From a virus (Duplodnaviria > Caudoviricetes): a stretch of 32,611 bases of DNA. Made by a program: the position numbers and the translations under genes. Position 1 is the stretch's first letter; each line of letters starts with the position of its first letter. The stretch lies in IMG/VR virus record IMGVR_UViG_3300008255_000314, positions 1 to 32,611 of that record. One strand, given 5' to 3'. This document shows, one piece after another, positions 23,674-32,611 of this stretch. Under the pieces are notes generated by a model. The model had not been told where the DNA came from and ran no database searches. It saw only the letters and a program-made list of their open reading frames with translations.

Positions 23674-23748
23674 GTCTGCCCTGTAACAGGGGGCAGACAG
23701 ACAGGGGAAAGAGGTCTTGCAAAATCCGCTTGCAAGGCCTCTTCTTTT
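23674..23748 (+). promoter_or_regulatory. two tandem inverted repeats upstream of the major capsid gene
   Basis: GTCTGCCCTG-taa-CAGGGGGCAGAC, then AAAGAGGTCTTGCAA-aatccgc-TTGCAAGGCCTCTTCTTTT. Confidence 0.6.
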
Positions 23749-23811
23749 CAGGCAGCATGAAACTCACCAAGGACAGCATGAGTTCCGATTAAACCCGGAG
23801 GGATAATACTC

Positions 23812-24834
23812 ATGGCGACCTTGGCAGGCCAAGTCCTTACGCTTCTGGACTACTCGAAGCGACTGGCACCTAGCGGTTCGGTTGAAACCGACATCGTTGA
23901 GTTGCTTTCTCAGCAAAACGACATTCTGACCGACATGCTGTGGCTTGAGGGCAACCTCGAAACCGGCCACCGCACCACGATGCGTACCGGTCTTCCGACG
24001 AATACTTGGCGCAAGCTGAACGTCGGTATCGAAGCATCCAAGTCCACGACCGTACAGGTCGATGAAGCTTGCGGTATGTTGTTCTCGCGCGGCCAGATCG
24101 ACATTGATCTTGCTGCACTGAACGGCAACACCGCCGCCTTCCGTCTGTCCGAGAACGAACCGCACATGGAAAGCATGGCGCAGGAAATGGCAGAGACGCT
24201 GTTCTACGGCGACACTGACACAAACCCTGAACAGTTCCTCGGCCTCTCCCCGCGCTATTCTGACCTGTCCGCAGGCAACGGCGACAACATTCTGGATGCC
24301 GGTGGCACGACAAACCTCGCTTCGATCTGGCTGGTAGCTTGGGGCAAGAAGTCCTGCCACGGTATCTTCCCGAAAGGGCAGAACGCCGGTGTCAAGCACA
24401 AGGTCATTCAAGATAGCACCGGCGACGGCGCCTATGACGTGCAAGACAGTCAAGGCCGCAGTTACCGTGCCTATGTTGACGAATACCACTGGAAGGCAGG
24501 CCTTGCCCTGCGCGACTGGCGCTATGTCGTCCGCATCGCCAACATCGACATTGCAGCTCTGGCCGCGATGACCGGCACGCAAGCAACCACGGCAGCGACC
24601 TTCATCATCAAGCTGATGGTTCGCGCAATGGCCCGCGTCCCGAACTTCAACGGCGTCAAGCCCTGCTTCTACATGAACCGCACGATCCACACCTTGCTGG
24701 AAATCGCGGCGATGGAGAAGACGAGCAACGTCCTGAAAATCGAGGACGGCCTGAACCAGTTCACGACCAAGTTCCGTGGCATCCCGATCCGTCGGATTGA
24801 TGCCTTGCTGGAAACAGAAGGTCGCGTGACTTAA
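23812..24834 (+). CDS. major capsid protein (BPP-1 Bbp17-like HK97 fold)
   Basis: IVELLSQQNDILTD, RTGLPT..WRKLN, GLALRDWRYVVRIANID and FRGIPIRRIDALLETE. Confidence 0.95.
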   Translation: MATLAGQVLTLLDYSKRLAPSGSVETDIVELLSQQNDILTDMLWLEGNLETGHRTTMRTGLPTNTWRKLNVGIEASKSTTVQVDEACGMLFSRGQIDIDLAALNGNTAAFRLSENEPHMESMAQEMAETLFYGDTDTNPEQFLGLSPRYSDLSAGNGDNILDAGGTTNLASIWLVAWGKKSCHGIFPKGQNAGVKHKVIQDSTGDGAYDVQDSQGRSYRAYVDEYHWKAGLALRDWRYVVRIANIDIAALAAMTGTQATTAATFIIKLMVRAMARVPNFNGVKPCFYMNRTIHTLLEIAAMEKTSNVLKIEDGLNQFTTKFRGIPIRRIDALLETEGRVT

Positions 24835-24849
24835 TACACACCCGTAGAA

Positions 24850-24875
24850 GGGGGAGATGGTTCGCTGTCTCCCCC
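24850..24875 (+). other. stable UUCG-loop hairpin after the capsid gene (no U tract)
   Basis: GGGGGAGATGG-TTCG-CTGTCTCCCCC; likely an mRNA-stabilising or partial-termination element. Confidence 0.65.
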
Positions 24876-24919
24876 GCAATTCGGACAACAACGAGTTTAA
24901 AAACCAAGGAGATACGCAC

Positions 24920-25360
24920 ATGATACTCGACGGTCAAAATATGTTTTCGGAAGCTCAGGCGATCACCGCCGCGGCTGTTTCGACCAACGCCATCGACACT
25001 TCACTTGCCCGCGACATCGGCAACGGCGAAAACATTTACATCATGCTTCAATGCGATGTAGCTATGACGGATGTTGACAGCAACAGTACGCTTGCTATCG
25101 CTCTTGTAACAGACAGTGACGAAGCCCTAGGCTCTCCAACTGTTGTTCGTACTCTGGTTACGCTGCCAGCACTGACGGCAGCTGGCACCACGCTGTTCTT
25201 CAAGCTGGAAGCAGAAAATCTTGTCGCGTTCGAACGCTATCTTGGCCTGAGCTATACACCGGCTAACGGCAACCTGACCACAGGTTCGTTCACGGCAGGC
25301 CTCGTTCGCACCATCCAGAAGTCGCAGGAATATCCGGCTTCCGGCTTCTCCGTTTATTAA
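24920..25360 (+). CDS. Bbp16-like capsid cement protein
   Basis: MILDGQNMFSEAQAIT..STNAID..RDIGNGE...RYLGLSY...GSFTAGL; AAGGAG RBS. Confidence 0.88.
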   Translation: MILDGQNMFSEAQAITAAAVSTNAIDTSLARDIGNGENIYIMLQCDVAMTDVDSNSTLAIALVTDSDEALGSPTVVRTLVTLPALTAAGTTLFFKLEAENLVAFERYLGLSYTPANGNLTTGSFTAGLVRTIQKSQEYPASGFSVY

Positions 25361-25375
25361 GCGGGGTAGCGAGCA

Positions 25376-25819
25376 ATGACCAACAAGCTCTTTAAGTACC
25401 GGGCAACCGGCAAAGGCACACTTAGCCGTCCGTATCGCTTCTTCAAGGAAGGCGACATCATCACAAGCCTTGTTCCTCTGGAACACCCGGCTCTCGTGGA
25501 TGCAGCCACCCCGATCAAGCAAAAGTCGGACATCCTTGTGCCTTACATGACCATCAACGGTCGGAAGCAACGCCCGGACTATGCAGACGCAAGGCCGAAG
25601 CACGCAACCGAACTGTCGAACCGAGGCGTGCCGACCATCAGTGACAAGCAATACGAGCGCGGCATGGATGGCGTAAAACGCTTTGAAAAAATCATGGACG
25701 GCGCGGAAGATGCGGCTAAGGCAGCACAAGCGGCACAGCCGACAGTTCCGGCAGTTGATCCCGAAGTCGATAACAAAAACGACGGCGGCGCAGGCACAGG
25801 CAATCAAGACGTGATCTGA
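25376..25819 (+). CDS. hypothetical structural-module protein
   Basis: 147 aa, KYRATGKGTL N-terminus, between cement and tail adaptor. Confidence 0.7.
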   Translation: MTNKLFKYRATGKGTLSRPYRFFKEGDIITSLVPLEHPALVDAATPIKQKSDILVPYMTINGRKQRPDYADARPKHATELSNRGVPTISDKQYERGMDGVKRFEKIMDGAEDAAKAAQAAQPTVPAVDPEVDNKNDGGAGTGNQDVI

Positions 25820-25844
25820 TCGCCGCCTCTTTACGGAGGCAAAC

Positions 25845-26462
25845 GTGTCTGTTTATACCAAGACCACAATTTGTAATATGGCTTTGTCCCATTGCGGCAT
25901 TGGCTCCTTCATCTCCGACATCGACACCGATGACACGAATGAAGCGATCCAGTGCCGTCTTTGGTATGAGCCGTCGCGCGATACCCTGCTTGAGATGATG
26001 CCTTGGAGCTTCGCGCAAGACGAAGTGCAAGCAACGCTTTTGGCTGTCGATCCGAACTATCGCTGGAAGTTCTCATACCTCTATCCGAACGACGTCAAGC
26101 GCATCAACGGCATCATCGACCCGTATAAGCGCCGTCCTGAGCGCATCGAGGACAAGATCGAGTTCGAGGTAAAGCGTGCGCCTTCCGGTAACGGCAAGGT
26201 CATTTACACAGATCAAGAGGACGCCATCTTTGACGTCAACTTTTGGGTGACGGACGAGAGCCAGTACAGCGATGTGTACGCTGTCGGCCAGTCCTTGCTG
26301 ATCGCGACGTATATCTCGAAGCCGCTGCGCGTTAAGGCGTCCATCAAGGTCGACATCGCAAACGACTGGACGACATGGTTGTCCGAAGCGCAAATCCAGC
26401 ACAAGTCTGAACGAGAGGACGGCGCCGAAGCGCCAAGCCAGTTCGAGCAGATCAGGGGGTAA
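25845..26462 (+). CDS. tail tubular protein A / head-tail adaptor
   Basis: ICNMALSHCG, RDTLLEMMPWSFA and YLYPND. Confidence 0.88.
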   Translation: MSVYTKTTICNMALSHCGIGSFISDIDTDDTNEAIQCRLWYEPSRDTLLEMMPWSFAQDEVQATLLAVDPNYRWKFSYLYPNDVKRINGIIDPYKRRPERIEDKIEFEVKRAPSGNGKVIYTDQEDAIFDVNFWVTDESQYSDVYAVGQSLLIATYISKPLRVKASIKVDIANDWTTWLSEAQIQHKSEREDGAEAPSQFEQIRG

Positions 26463-26464
26463 TC

Positions 26465-29425
26465 ATGCGTCGCCTACCTCGTGAATACCCGGCAGAGTTT
26501 ATCAGCCAGCCTTCCTTCGCCGCGGGCGAGGTAGGGCCAGAGCTGTGGGGGCGTGTCGATCAGGAATTTTATTACATCGGTATGCGGACAGTCCGCAACT
26601 GGATCATCCGTCAGTATGGTGGCGCGTCTAACCGCATGGGCTTGCGATACGTCGCAGAAGCCCGCTACCATGACCGTGATTTTCGCCTCGTCAAGTTCCA
26701 GTTCAACGAAGAGCAGACATACGTCATCGAGCTTGGTGACGAATACATGCGTATCATCGCTGACGGCGGGCAGATCATCGAAGCGACGAAGAACATCACA
26801 GGCATCACGCAGGCCTCGACAGGCGTCGTGACATCGGCAGCGCACGGCTTCTCAAACGGTCAGGACGTTTACCTGTCTGGCATTGTCGGCATGATACAAC
26901 TGAATGGCCGGTCTTTCCGCGTGGCAAACGTCACGACAGATACGTTCGAGCTTAACGACTACCTTGGCAACGCCATCGACACAACAGGATATGACGCTTA
27001 TGTGTCCGGCGGCACGGCAAACCGCATCTATACCGTTGCGACGCCTTGGTCACACGAAGATGTTTTCGAGCTTGGCTTTACGCAGAGCAACGATGTCCTG
27101 ACCGTCGTACACCCTGATTACTATCCGCGCGACATCACGCGCACCGGCAACACAGCATGGACTGTTTCTCTGTTCAACAATAAGGCTGGGCCGTTCGCGC
27201 AGGAAAATGCCACATCGACAACCGTGACAGTTGATGATGTCACTGGATCGGTAACGATCACATCTTCCAGCGCAATATTCAACGCAGACATGGTTGGCGA
27301 TCTGTTCTACATCGAGCAGGAACCAAGCGACAGTACACCTACTTGGGAGGCGGCAAAGCTCATACCAGCAAACACAGTTTACCGCGCAGGCACACACTAC
27401 TACCTGTCGATTTATACATCTGTTAGCAGGAACATCAGCGCGATCAGTTCCGCTGCAAACAGTATCATCACGACATCTACGAACCACGGCTTCACAACAG
27501 GAGACATTGTCTTCATTCAAAACGTCGCTGGCATGACAGAGATCAACGGCCTTTACTTCAAGGTCAAAGTCATCGACGCAACGCGCTTCTACCCGATGAA
27601 CGTCGACAATGATACTCTTTACACGAACACCACATCGTTTGGCGCTTATAGATCAGGAGGCACGGCAGACACGGCCAAGAAGACAGGCACGATCAAGCCG
27701 GACTGGACAGAGGGATCGCAGACAGATGGAGCCGATGGTGTCGAGTGGCAGTATCTTCACAGCGGCTTCGGCATCGTCGAGCTGACATCATATACATCGA
27801 CGACAGAGATGGATGGAACTGTTGTAAATCGCATCCCGGACAACGTCGTGTCAAATCCGACGACGATATGGGCAAAGAGCGCGTGGTCAGAGGAGGAAGG
27901 GTACCCATCATCTGCTGTATATCACAAAGGCCGGTTGATTTTTGCTGCGACATCTTTGCAGCCTTCTTTGCTCTGGATGTCTAAGGCAAAGGTGCGGAAC
28001 GACTTCTCAGAAAGTAATCCCATCCTTGATGACGAGGCGATCATCCTGTCCATGAACGCGACGGAGATGAACGCGATCCGTCACCTGTTGCAATTGCAAG
28101 ACCTGATTGTTCTGACATCAGCCGCAGAGTTCCTTGTGAAGGGTGACAGCGATGGCGCATTGCTTGCGTCTATTCCGCCGAACCCGATCATCCAAGGCTA
28201 TACCGGCGCATCAAAGGTGCCGCCTATCGTTATCGGGAACACCGCCATCATGGTGCAGGATGTCGGCTCTTCCGTACACTCGCTCAAGTACCAGTTCGAC
28301 AGCGACAGCTTCGGCGGTATCGACTTGACGGCCAGAAGCCCGCACCTGTTCCGCAATAAGTTCATCCGTGATTGGGCATACCAGCGTCACCCGTTCTCGA
28401 CGGTTTGGGCGTGCATGTCTGACGGAAACCTGAACGGCTTCACGTTCATGGAAGAGCAGCGCGTCTATGCTTGGCATCGCCATGACAGTGACGACGCAAA
28501 GTTTAAGACTGTGGCGACAATCCGGGAAGGCCGCGAGACGTCTGCATACTTTGGTATCGAGAGAGAGATCAACGGAGACACGCGCCGGTACATCGAGGTA
28601 TTCGCATCGAGGTATTTTGACAAAGCGGAAGATGCGTTCTTTGTTGATTGCGGCGTGACGTATGATGGCCGCAATACAGGATCGTCAACGATCACGATCA
28701 CCGGCGGAACGACGTGGCTATCAGAAGACGCGGAAGACCTGACACTGACATGCTCGGCAGGCATATTCACGGCAATAGACGCGACGATGCGTAACCAGAT
28801 TGTCTTCCTGACAACTGACGACGACGGCGTGCCGATCCGCATGGCCTTCGAGATCACGGCCTATACCAGCTCGACAGTAGTGACAGCAATCGCCATCCGC
28901 GACGTGCCGGAGGCATATCGTGGTGTAGCCCGTACAGACTGGAACTTTGCAAAGCGCTGGTTCTGCGGCCTCGACCACATCGAAGGCAAAGATATATCCT
29001 GCCTGTCCGAGGGTAACGTCATTCCAGACCTTTCCATCACGGACGGTTCTGTCACGCTGCCTGAGCCGGGCTACATCAACCACTTTGGCATCGGCTATGT
29101 CGCAGACCTCGAAACGCTTGACCTCGCTGCGCCGCAGGGCAGCACGAAGGGAAAGATGGTCAGCGTCGCCGCGGCACACATCTCCGTGCAGGAGACAAAG
29201 TCACTGAACGTCGGGAATAATGGCTTTGATAAAATCAAGCGTGCGCCTGCCCGCGCGGCTGGCTTAGGGTATGACCCGACGATCCCTGCATCGACAGGCC
29301 TCGTCGACGTCGTCCTGAACACGTCGTACTCCCGACAGGGCCGTCTGTGCATCCGCGAAGAACTCCCTGTTCCTGTCACGGTGAACTGTATTACACTGGA
29401 AATGGAAAGCGGAGATAACGGATGA
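26465..29425 (+). CDS. tail tubular protein B (nozzle) with two inserted E1-FCCH-like domains
   Basis: QPSFAAGEVGP, FQFNEEQTY, GYPSSAVYHKGRL, VYAWHRHD and FFVDCG. Repeats at ~26789-27019 and ~27428-27667. Confidence 0.9.
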   Translation: MRRLPREYPAEFISQPSFAAGEVGPELWGRVDQEFYYIGMRTVRNWIIRQYGGASNRMGLRYVAEARYHDRDFRLVKFQFNEEQTYVIELGDEYMRIIADGGQIIEATKNITGITQASTGVVTSAAHGFSNGQDVYLSGIVGMIQLNGRSFRVANVTTDTFELNDYLGNAIDTTGYDAYVSGGTANRIYTVATPWSHEDVFELGFTQSNDVLTVVHPDYYPRDITRTGNTAWTVSLFNNKAGPFAQENATSTTVTVDDVTGSVTITSSSAIFNADMVGDLFYIEQEPSDSTPTWEAAKLIPANTVYRAGTHYYLSIYTSVSRNISAISSAANSIITTSTNHGFTTGDIVFIQNVAGMTEINGLYFKVKVIDATRFYPMNVDNDTLYTNTTSFGAYRSGGTADTAKKTGTIKPDWTEGSQTDGADGVEWQYLHSGFGIVELTSYTSTTEMDGTVVNRIPDNVVSNPTTIWAKSAWSEEEGYPSSAVYHKGRLIFAATSLQPSLLWMSKAKVRNDFSESNPILDDEAIILSMNATEMNAIRHLLQLQDLIVLTSAAEFLVKGDSDGALLASIPPNPIIQGYTGASKVPPIVIGNTAIMVQDVGSSVHSLKYQFDSDSFGGIDLTARSPHLFRNKFIRDWAYQRHPFSTVWACMSDGNLNGFTFMEEQRVYAWHRHDSDDAKFKTVATIREGRETSAYFGIEREINGDTRRYIEVFASRYFDKAEDAFFVDCGVTYDGRNTGSSTITITGGTTWLSEDAEDLTLTCSAGIFTAIDATMRNQIVFLTTDDDGVPIRMAFEITAYTSSTVVTAIAIRDVPEAYRGVARTDWNFAKRWFCGLDHIEGKDISCLSEGNVIPDLSITDGSVTLPEPGYINHFGIGYVADLETLDLAAPQGSTKGKMVSVAAAHISVQETKSLNVGNNGFDKIKRAPARAAGLGYDPTIPASTGLVDVVLNTSYSRQGRLCIREELPVPVTVNCITLEMESGDNG

Positions 29426-29883
29426 AGGCAGAGATCGTCATAGCGACGCCAGACCATATTGTCGACATCGCAAAAAAGGTAAGGCCGGAAGACCGCGCGG
29501 AGCTTTGGGCTGCGACACTGGCCAAACCAGACGATGCAATGCGTCATGGTCTTGATTATAGCGACAAGGCTTACACTGGCCTGCTTGACGGCGTTGCTGT
29601 CTGTATGTGGGGTGTGGCGCCTGTCTGCTTGCTGAACGGCCTCGGCGCACCGTGGATGGTCGGAACCAGCGATCTCGACCAGCACGCTCTAAAGTTTTTA
29701 CGGGTTTGCCGCGAGCCTTTACTGGAACTTTTTCAAGGCTATGATAAACTTGAAAATTATGTGGACGCCAGAAACACGAAGGCGATCCGATGGTTGAAAT
29801 TTATGGGCTTCAATGTCGAAGAGACAGAGATGCCCTACGGCGCACTAAAGCTGCCGTTCCACCGCTTTTGGAAGGAGGCGTAG
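29422..29883 (+). CDS. GNAT-like internal virion protein A (T7 gp13-like)
   Basis: VRPEDRAEL, PWMVGT and LENYVDARNTKAIRWLKFMGF. Confidence 0.85.
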   Translation: MKAEIVIATPDHIVDIAKKVRPEDRAELWAATLAKPDDAMRHGLDYSDKAYTGLLDGVAVCMWGVAPVCLLNGLGAPWMVGTSDLDQHALKFLRVCREPLLELFQGYDKLENYVDARNTKAIRWLKFMGFNVEETEMPYGALKLPFHRFWKEA

Positions 29884-29884
29884 C

Positions 29885-30415
29885 ATGTGTCATCCAGCTG
29901 TAATGCTCGGCCTGAGCGCGGTCGGCGCTTTTATGCAGTACCAGCAAGGTAAGGCCGAGGGCGAGGCAATCAAAATGGAGGCGCAGAATAACCAGCGCAT
30001 CTCCGAGTTTAACGCGCAACAGAAGGACGTTGCCGCGACGCAATCCATCCGCAAGGGCGCACAGGATGCCAGTGTCGTCCGCGAGAATGTTCGTCGAAGT
30101 AATGCGACGGCGCGTGCGCGTCTGTCGTCAGCTGGCCTTGATGCTGACGTCGGGACACCGGCGTCTCTGATCGACCAGAACGTACAGACAGGCGAGGTTA
30201 ATGCGATGACCGTCATGCGCGATGCAGAGCTGGAAGCAATGGGCTTTAAGAACGCTGCCATCGGCGACAGGTTCCAAGGTGAAGTCGGCGTGCAGAACGC
30301 ACGATATTCCGCGAAGGTCGCAAAGCAAAAAGGTCTGCTTAATGCTGCCGGTACGCTCGTCACCGGCGTCGGAAACTACGGTACAAGCCAAGGTTGGTTT
30401 AAAGGAGCGCAATAA
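29885..30415 (+). CDS. internal virion/ejection protein B (T7 gp14-like)
   Basis: MCHPAVMLGLSAVG N-terminus, ARARLSSAGLDADVGTP; A/Q/G-rich. Confidence 0.8.
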   Translation: MCHPAVMLGLSAVGAFMQYQQGKAEGEAIKMEAQNNQRISEFNAQQKDVAATQSIRKGAQDASVVRENVRRSNATARARLSSAGLDADVGTPASLIDQNVQTGEVNAMTVMRDAELEAMGFKNAAIGDRFQGEVGVQNARYSAKVAKQKGLLNAAGTLVTGVGNYGTSQGWFKGAQ

Positions 30416-32496
30416 TGGCTATTCAAGTTCCTATCATTGAACGCGAGACATCGAAGGGCAGCTTCCGCGCGGTGCAGCTTTCTCAGGTCAACACCCCGAT
30501 GCCTGACTTCTCTGGTCAGACAAAGCTGTTTGATGCTGTCAGCGGCATGGTGCAGCAAGCGAAGCAGCGCGGCGATCTAACACAGGTCACAGCGGCATCG
30601 AAAGCCGCAGATGATTGGGAGGCGATGAACATCTTCTCCGCAGAACAAGGCGCTCTTGCCCGAAAGGGAAAGGATGCCATCGGCCTGCCGAAGTTCCTGA
30701 TGGATAAGTATGACAGCGACATGCAAGCTGTCTTGGATGGACTGTCGAACCAAGAGCAGAAGGATGCTTTCAGCAAAGAGGTTATGCGGCGCCGTGACAC
30801 AGTCCAGCGCACGCTGTTCAACCACGAGCGCACCGAGATGGAAGGCTTCGCTGACGGCGTAACGCGGGCAAAGGTGGACACGTCTACCAATCGCGCTGCG
30901 CTGTACTACAACCAGCCTGACGTCGTCGAGGCATCTATCGAAGCTGCAAAGGCAGCTGCACGCACCCGCGCGGAAGTCAAAGGTCTTGGGCCGGAGGCTG
31001 TCGAAGCTGACCTCGTGGAAATCGAGAGCAAGGCACGCCTCGCCGTTTTGGTTCGCATGGCCGATAACGATCCGAAGGGCGCCATAGATTTTTACAGCAA
31101 CAATACGCCTCGCTTTACCGCGGACGATCTTCTGGCCGCACAACGCCTGATGACCCCGACAAGGCGCAAATACGATGCAACGAACATCGCTCGTCAGGCG
31201 ATGTCTTCTGCCTTCCCGAAGACGGAGCCGAACCAGATCGTTGACTTCGTGATGAACGAGATCGAAGGCGGCGACCAAGTTATCACTGATAACAACGGCG
31301 CACTGGCGAAGTTCGGACTGAACAAAAAAGCAAACCCTGACCTCGACTTCGACACGCTCGACGAAGAGACAGCACGCCAGTATTACCTTGGTGAATATTA
31401 CATCGGCGTCGGAGCTGACGAGCTGCCTGCCGATATGCGACTTGTCGCCTTTGATGCCGCGGTAAACCACGGCGTCCCGAAGGCAAAGGAGATGATCGCT
31501 GCCGCAGACGGAGACGTTCGCAAGCTGATCGAGTTGCGCCGCGCGGAATACAACAGGCTGAACGCCACTGGCAAGAAAAAATATACAGATAGCTACAAAG
31601 GATGGATGAACCGCCTGAGTAAAGTCAGCGCACAGGTCGATGCTCTGCGTGGCGCTGGACTGAACGAGGCCGACATCAAAGCGAAGATCGACAGCATGAC
31701 AGGCGATGTCGATACGGCGCGTGAAGCAAAAGAGCTGATCGACAAACAGATCAAAACTATCGCTGACACACGCAAGGCCAAAGAAGACGAGGCCAGCGAC
31801 GAGGCATGGCGTTACACGAACAACAATCTTCCCGTTCCACCGTCTGTCGAAGCACGCATGAACCCCGAAGAGGTCGCTGCAATGCGTAATCGTGCAAACG
31901 TCGATCCGGTATTCGTCAACAACGTCAAGGCCGCGATCCTGTCTGGTCAGGAGATTGACCTTCGTCAGTATCGCTGGCAGCTTGGCGGTCGCTATGACGA
32001 GCTGGCAGAATTGCAGCAAGACCCATCGAAACGCGCGAACTCCCGCACGGTAAACGACGTTATCACAAACAACATGAAGATACTGATCGGAAAAACGACG
32101 CCGTCCTTGAAGGCGGAATATCAGGTTGTCGATGCCTTCGAGCGTCGAGTGAAGGAAGAGATCGACGTGCTGCAAAGAGCCACCGGTCGGATCGTCGGCC
32201 CTGATGAAGCGCAAAAGATCGTCGACAAGATGATGCTCAAGATGGACAGCGGCAGCATGTGGTCGACGAACCAGTATGCCTTCCAGCTTCCGAAGGGGAA
32301 GTCAGGCGAAGTGCAGGGTATCCCGAACGACTTCGACTACTTCTACAAAGGCAATCCTGTCGCATACGACGACCTCGTCAACTCCCTTATCTCTCGGACA
32401 CGTAAGAGAGGTCTTCCTGTGAACAACGAAAACGTGATAAAACTGTTCAGGGAAAAGTTCACAAATCAGGAGTTGAAACGCCGTGCAAGAGATTGA
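30415..32496 (+). CDS. internal virion/ejection protein with a GH108 lysozyme-like domain
   Basis: 693 aa, helical; central EIEGG..DNNG..KFGL...AFDAAVNHG...KGWMNRL. Confidence 0.8.
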   Translation: MAIQVPIIERETSKGSFRAVQLSQVNTPMPDFSGQTKLFDAVSGMVQQAKQRGDLTQVTAASKAADDWEAMNIFSAEQGALARKGKDAIGLPKFLMDKYDSDMQAVLDGLSNQEQKDAFSKEVMRRRDTVQRTLFNHERTEMEGFADGVTRAKVDTSTNRAALYYNQPDVVEASIEAAKAAARTRAEVKGLGPEAVEADLVEIESKARLAVLVRMADNDPKGAIDFYSNNTPRFTADDLLAAQRLMTPTRRKYDATNIARQAMSSAFPKTEPNQIVDFVMNEIEGGDQVITDNNGALAKFGLNKKANPDLDFDTLDEETARQYYLGEYYIGVGADELPADMRLVAFDAAVNHGVPKAKEMIAAADGDVRKLIELRRAEYNRLNATGKKKYTDSYKGWMNRLSKVSAQVDALRGAGLNEADIKAKIDSMTGDVDTAREAKELIDKQIKTIADTRKAKEDEASDEAWRYTNNNLPVPPSVEARMNPEEVAAMRNRANVDPVFVNNVKAAILSGQEIDLRQYRWQLGGRYDELAELQQDPSKRANSRTVNDVITNNMKILIGKTTPSLKAEYQVVDAFERRVKEEIDVLQRATGRIVGPDEAQKIVDKMMLKMDSGSMWSTNQYAFQLPKGKSGEVQGIPNDFDYFYKGNPVAYDDLVNSLISRTRKRGLPVNNENVIKLFREKFTNQELKRRARD

Positions 32497-32611
32497 TATT
32501 TTCGAGGAAGAAGATCAGGAAGTCGCTCGCCCTTCGGAGATTGATATTTTCGAGGAAGAAGATCAGGAAGTCGCTCGCCCTTCGGAGATTGATATTTTCG
32601 AGGAAGAAGAT
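32483..32611 (+). CDS. N-terminus of the next (probable large ejection) protein, 3'-truncated
   Basis: GTG at 32483 with AGGAG RBS; reads MQ(EIDIFEEEDQEVARPS)n. Confidence 0.55.
   Translation, partial: MQEIDIFEEEDQEVARPSEIDIFEEEDQEVARPSEIDIFEEED
32489..32611 (+). repeat. perfect 48-bp tandem repeat (two full copies plus 27 nt)
   Basis: GAGATTGATATTTTCGAGGAAGAAGATCAGGAAGTCGCTCGCCCTTCG at 32489, 32537 and 32585 (partial). Confidence 0.95.

Noticed and set aside
30577-32214. 545-aa minus-strand ORF
   Set aside because: Antisense shadow of the ejection-protein gene, caused by codon bias; no recognisable motifs.
32489-32611. CRISPR array
   Set aside because: The repeats are directly adjacent with no spacers, are a multiple of 3 in frame, and no cas genes are present.

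Overview
About 32.6 kb of a tailed dsDNA phage genome, with no host genes or attachment site visible. The podovirus virion module is BPP-1/T7-like: terminase, portal, scaffold, major capsid, cement, tail tubular A and B, and ejection proteins. It is combined with lambdoid-type replication (DUF1376 initiator) and recombination genes (YqaJ exonuclease plus a putative annealase, SSB). Layout: [tail-protein end, lysis cassette ->] terminator [<- tRNA, recombination/accessory operon] divergent promoter at ~8.65 kb [Cro-like, replication ->] terminator [<- early accessory operon headed by DUF932] divergent control region at 17.07-17.40 kb [packaging/structural operon ->]. The SSB sequence and motif usage point to an alphaproteobacterial host (inference). 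No integrase or CI-type repressor is seen. The most notable observations are: (1) an unannotated 44-aa ArfA-like ribosome-rescue peptide; (2) an initiator-like tRNA(CAU) with a remodelled anticodon arm; (3) a host-type parS site and a Caulobacter-type DnaA box directly behind the strongest predicted early promoter; (4) apparent total absence of GANTC (the CcrM motif) and of several 6-bp palindromes. Together these suggest a non-integrating phage that interfaces with host cell-cycle and translation machinery. All family assignments come from motif recognition by eye, not from database searches.
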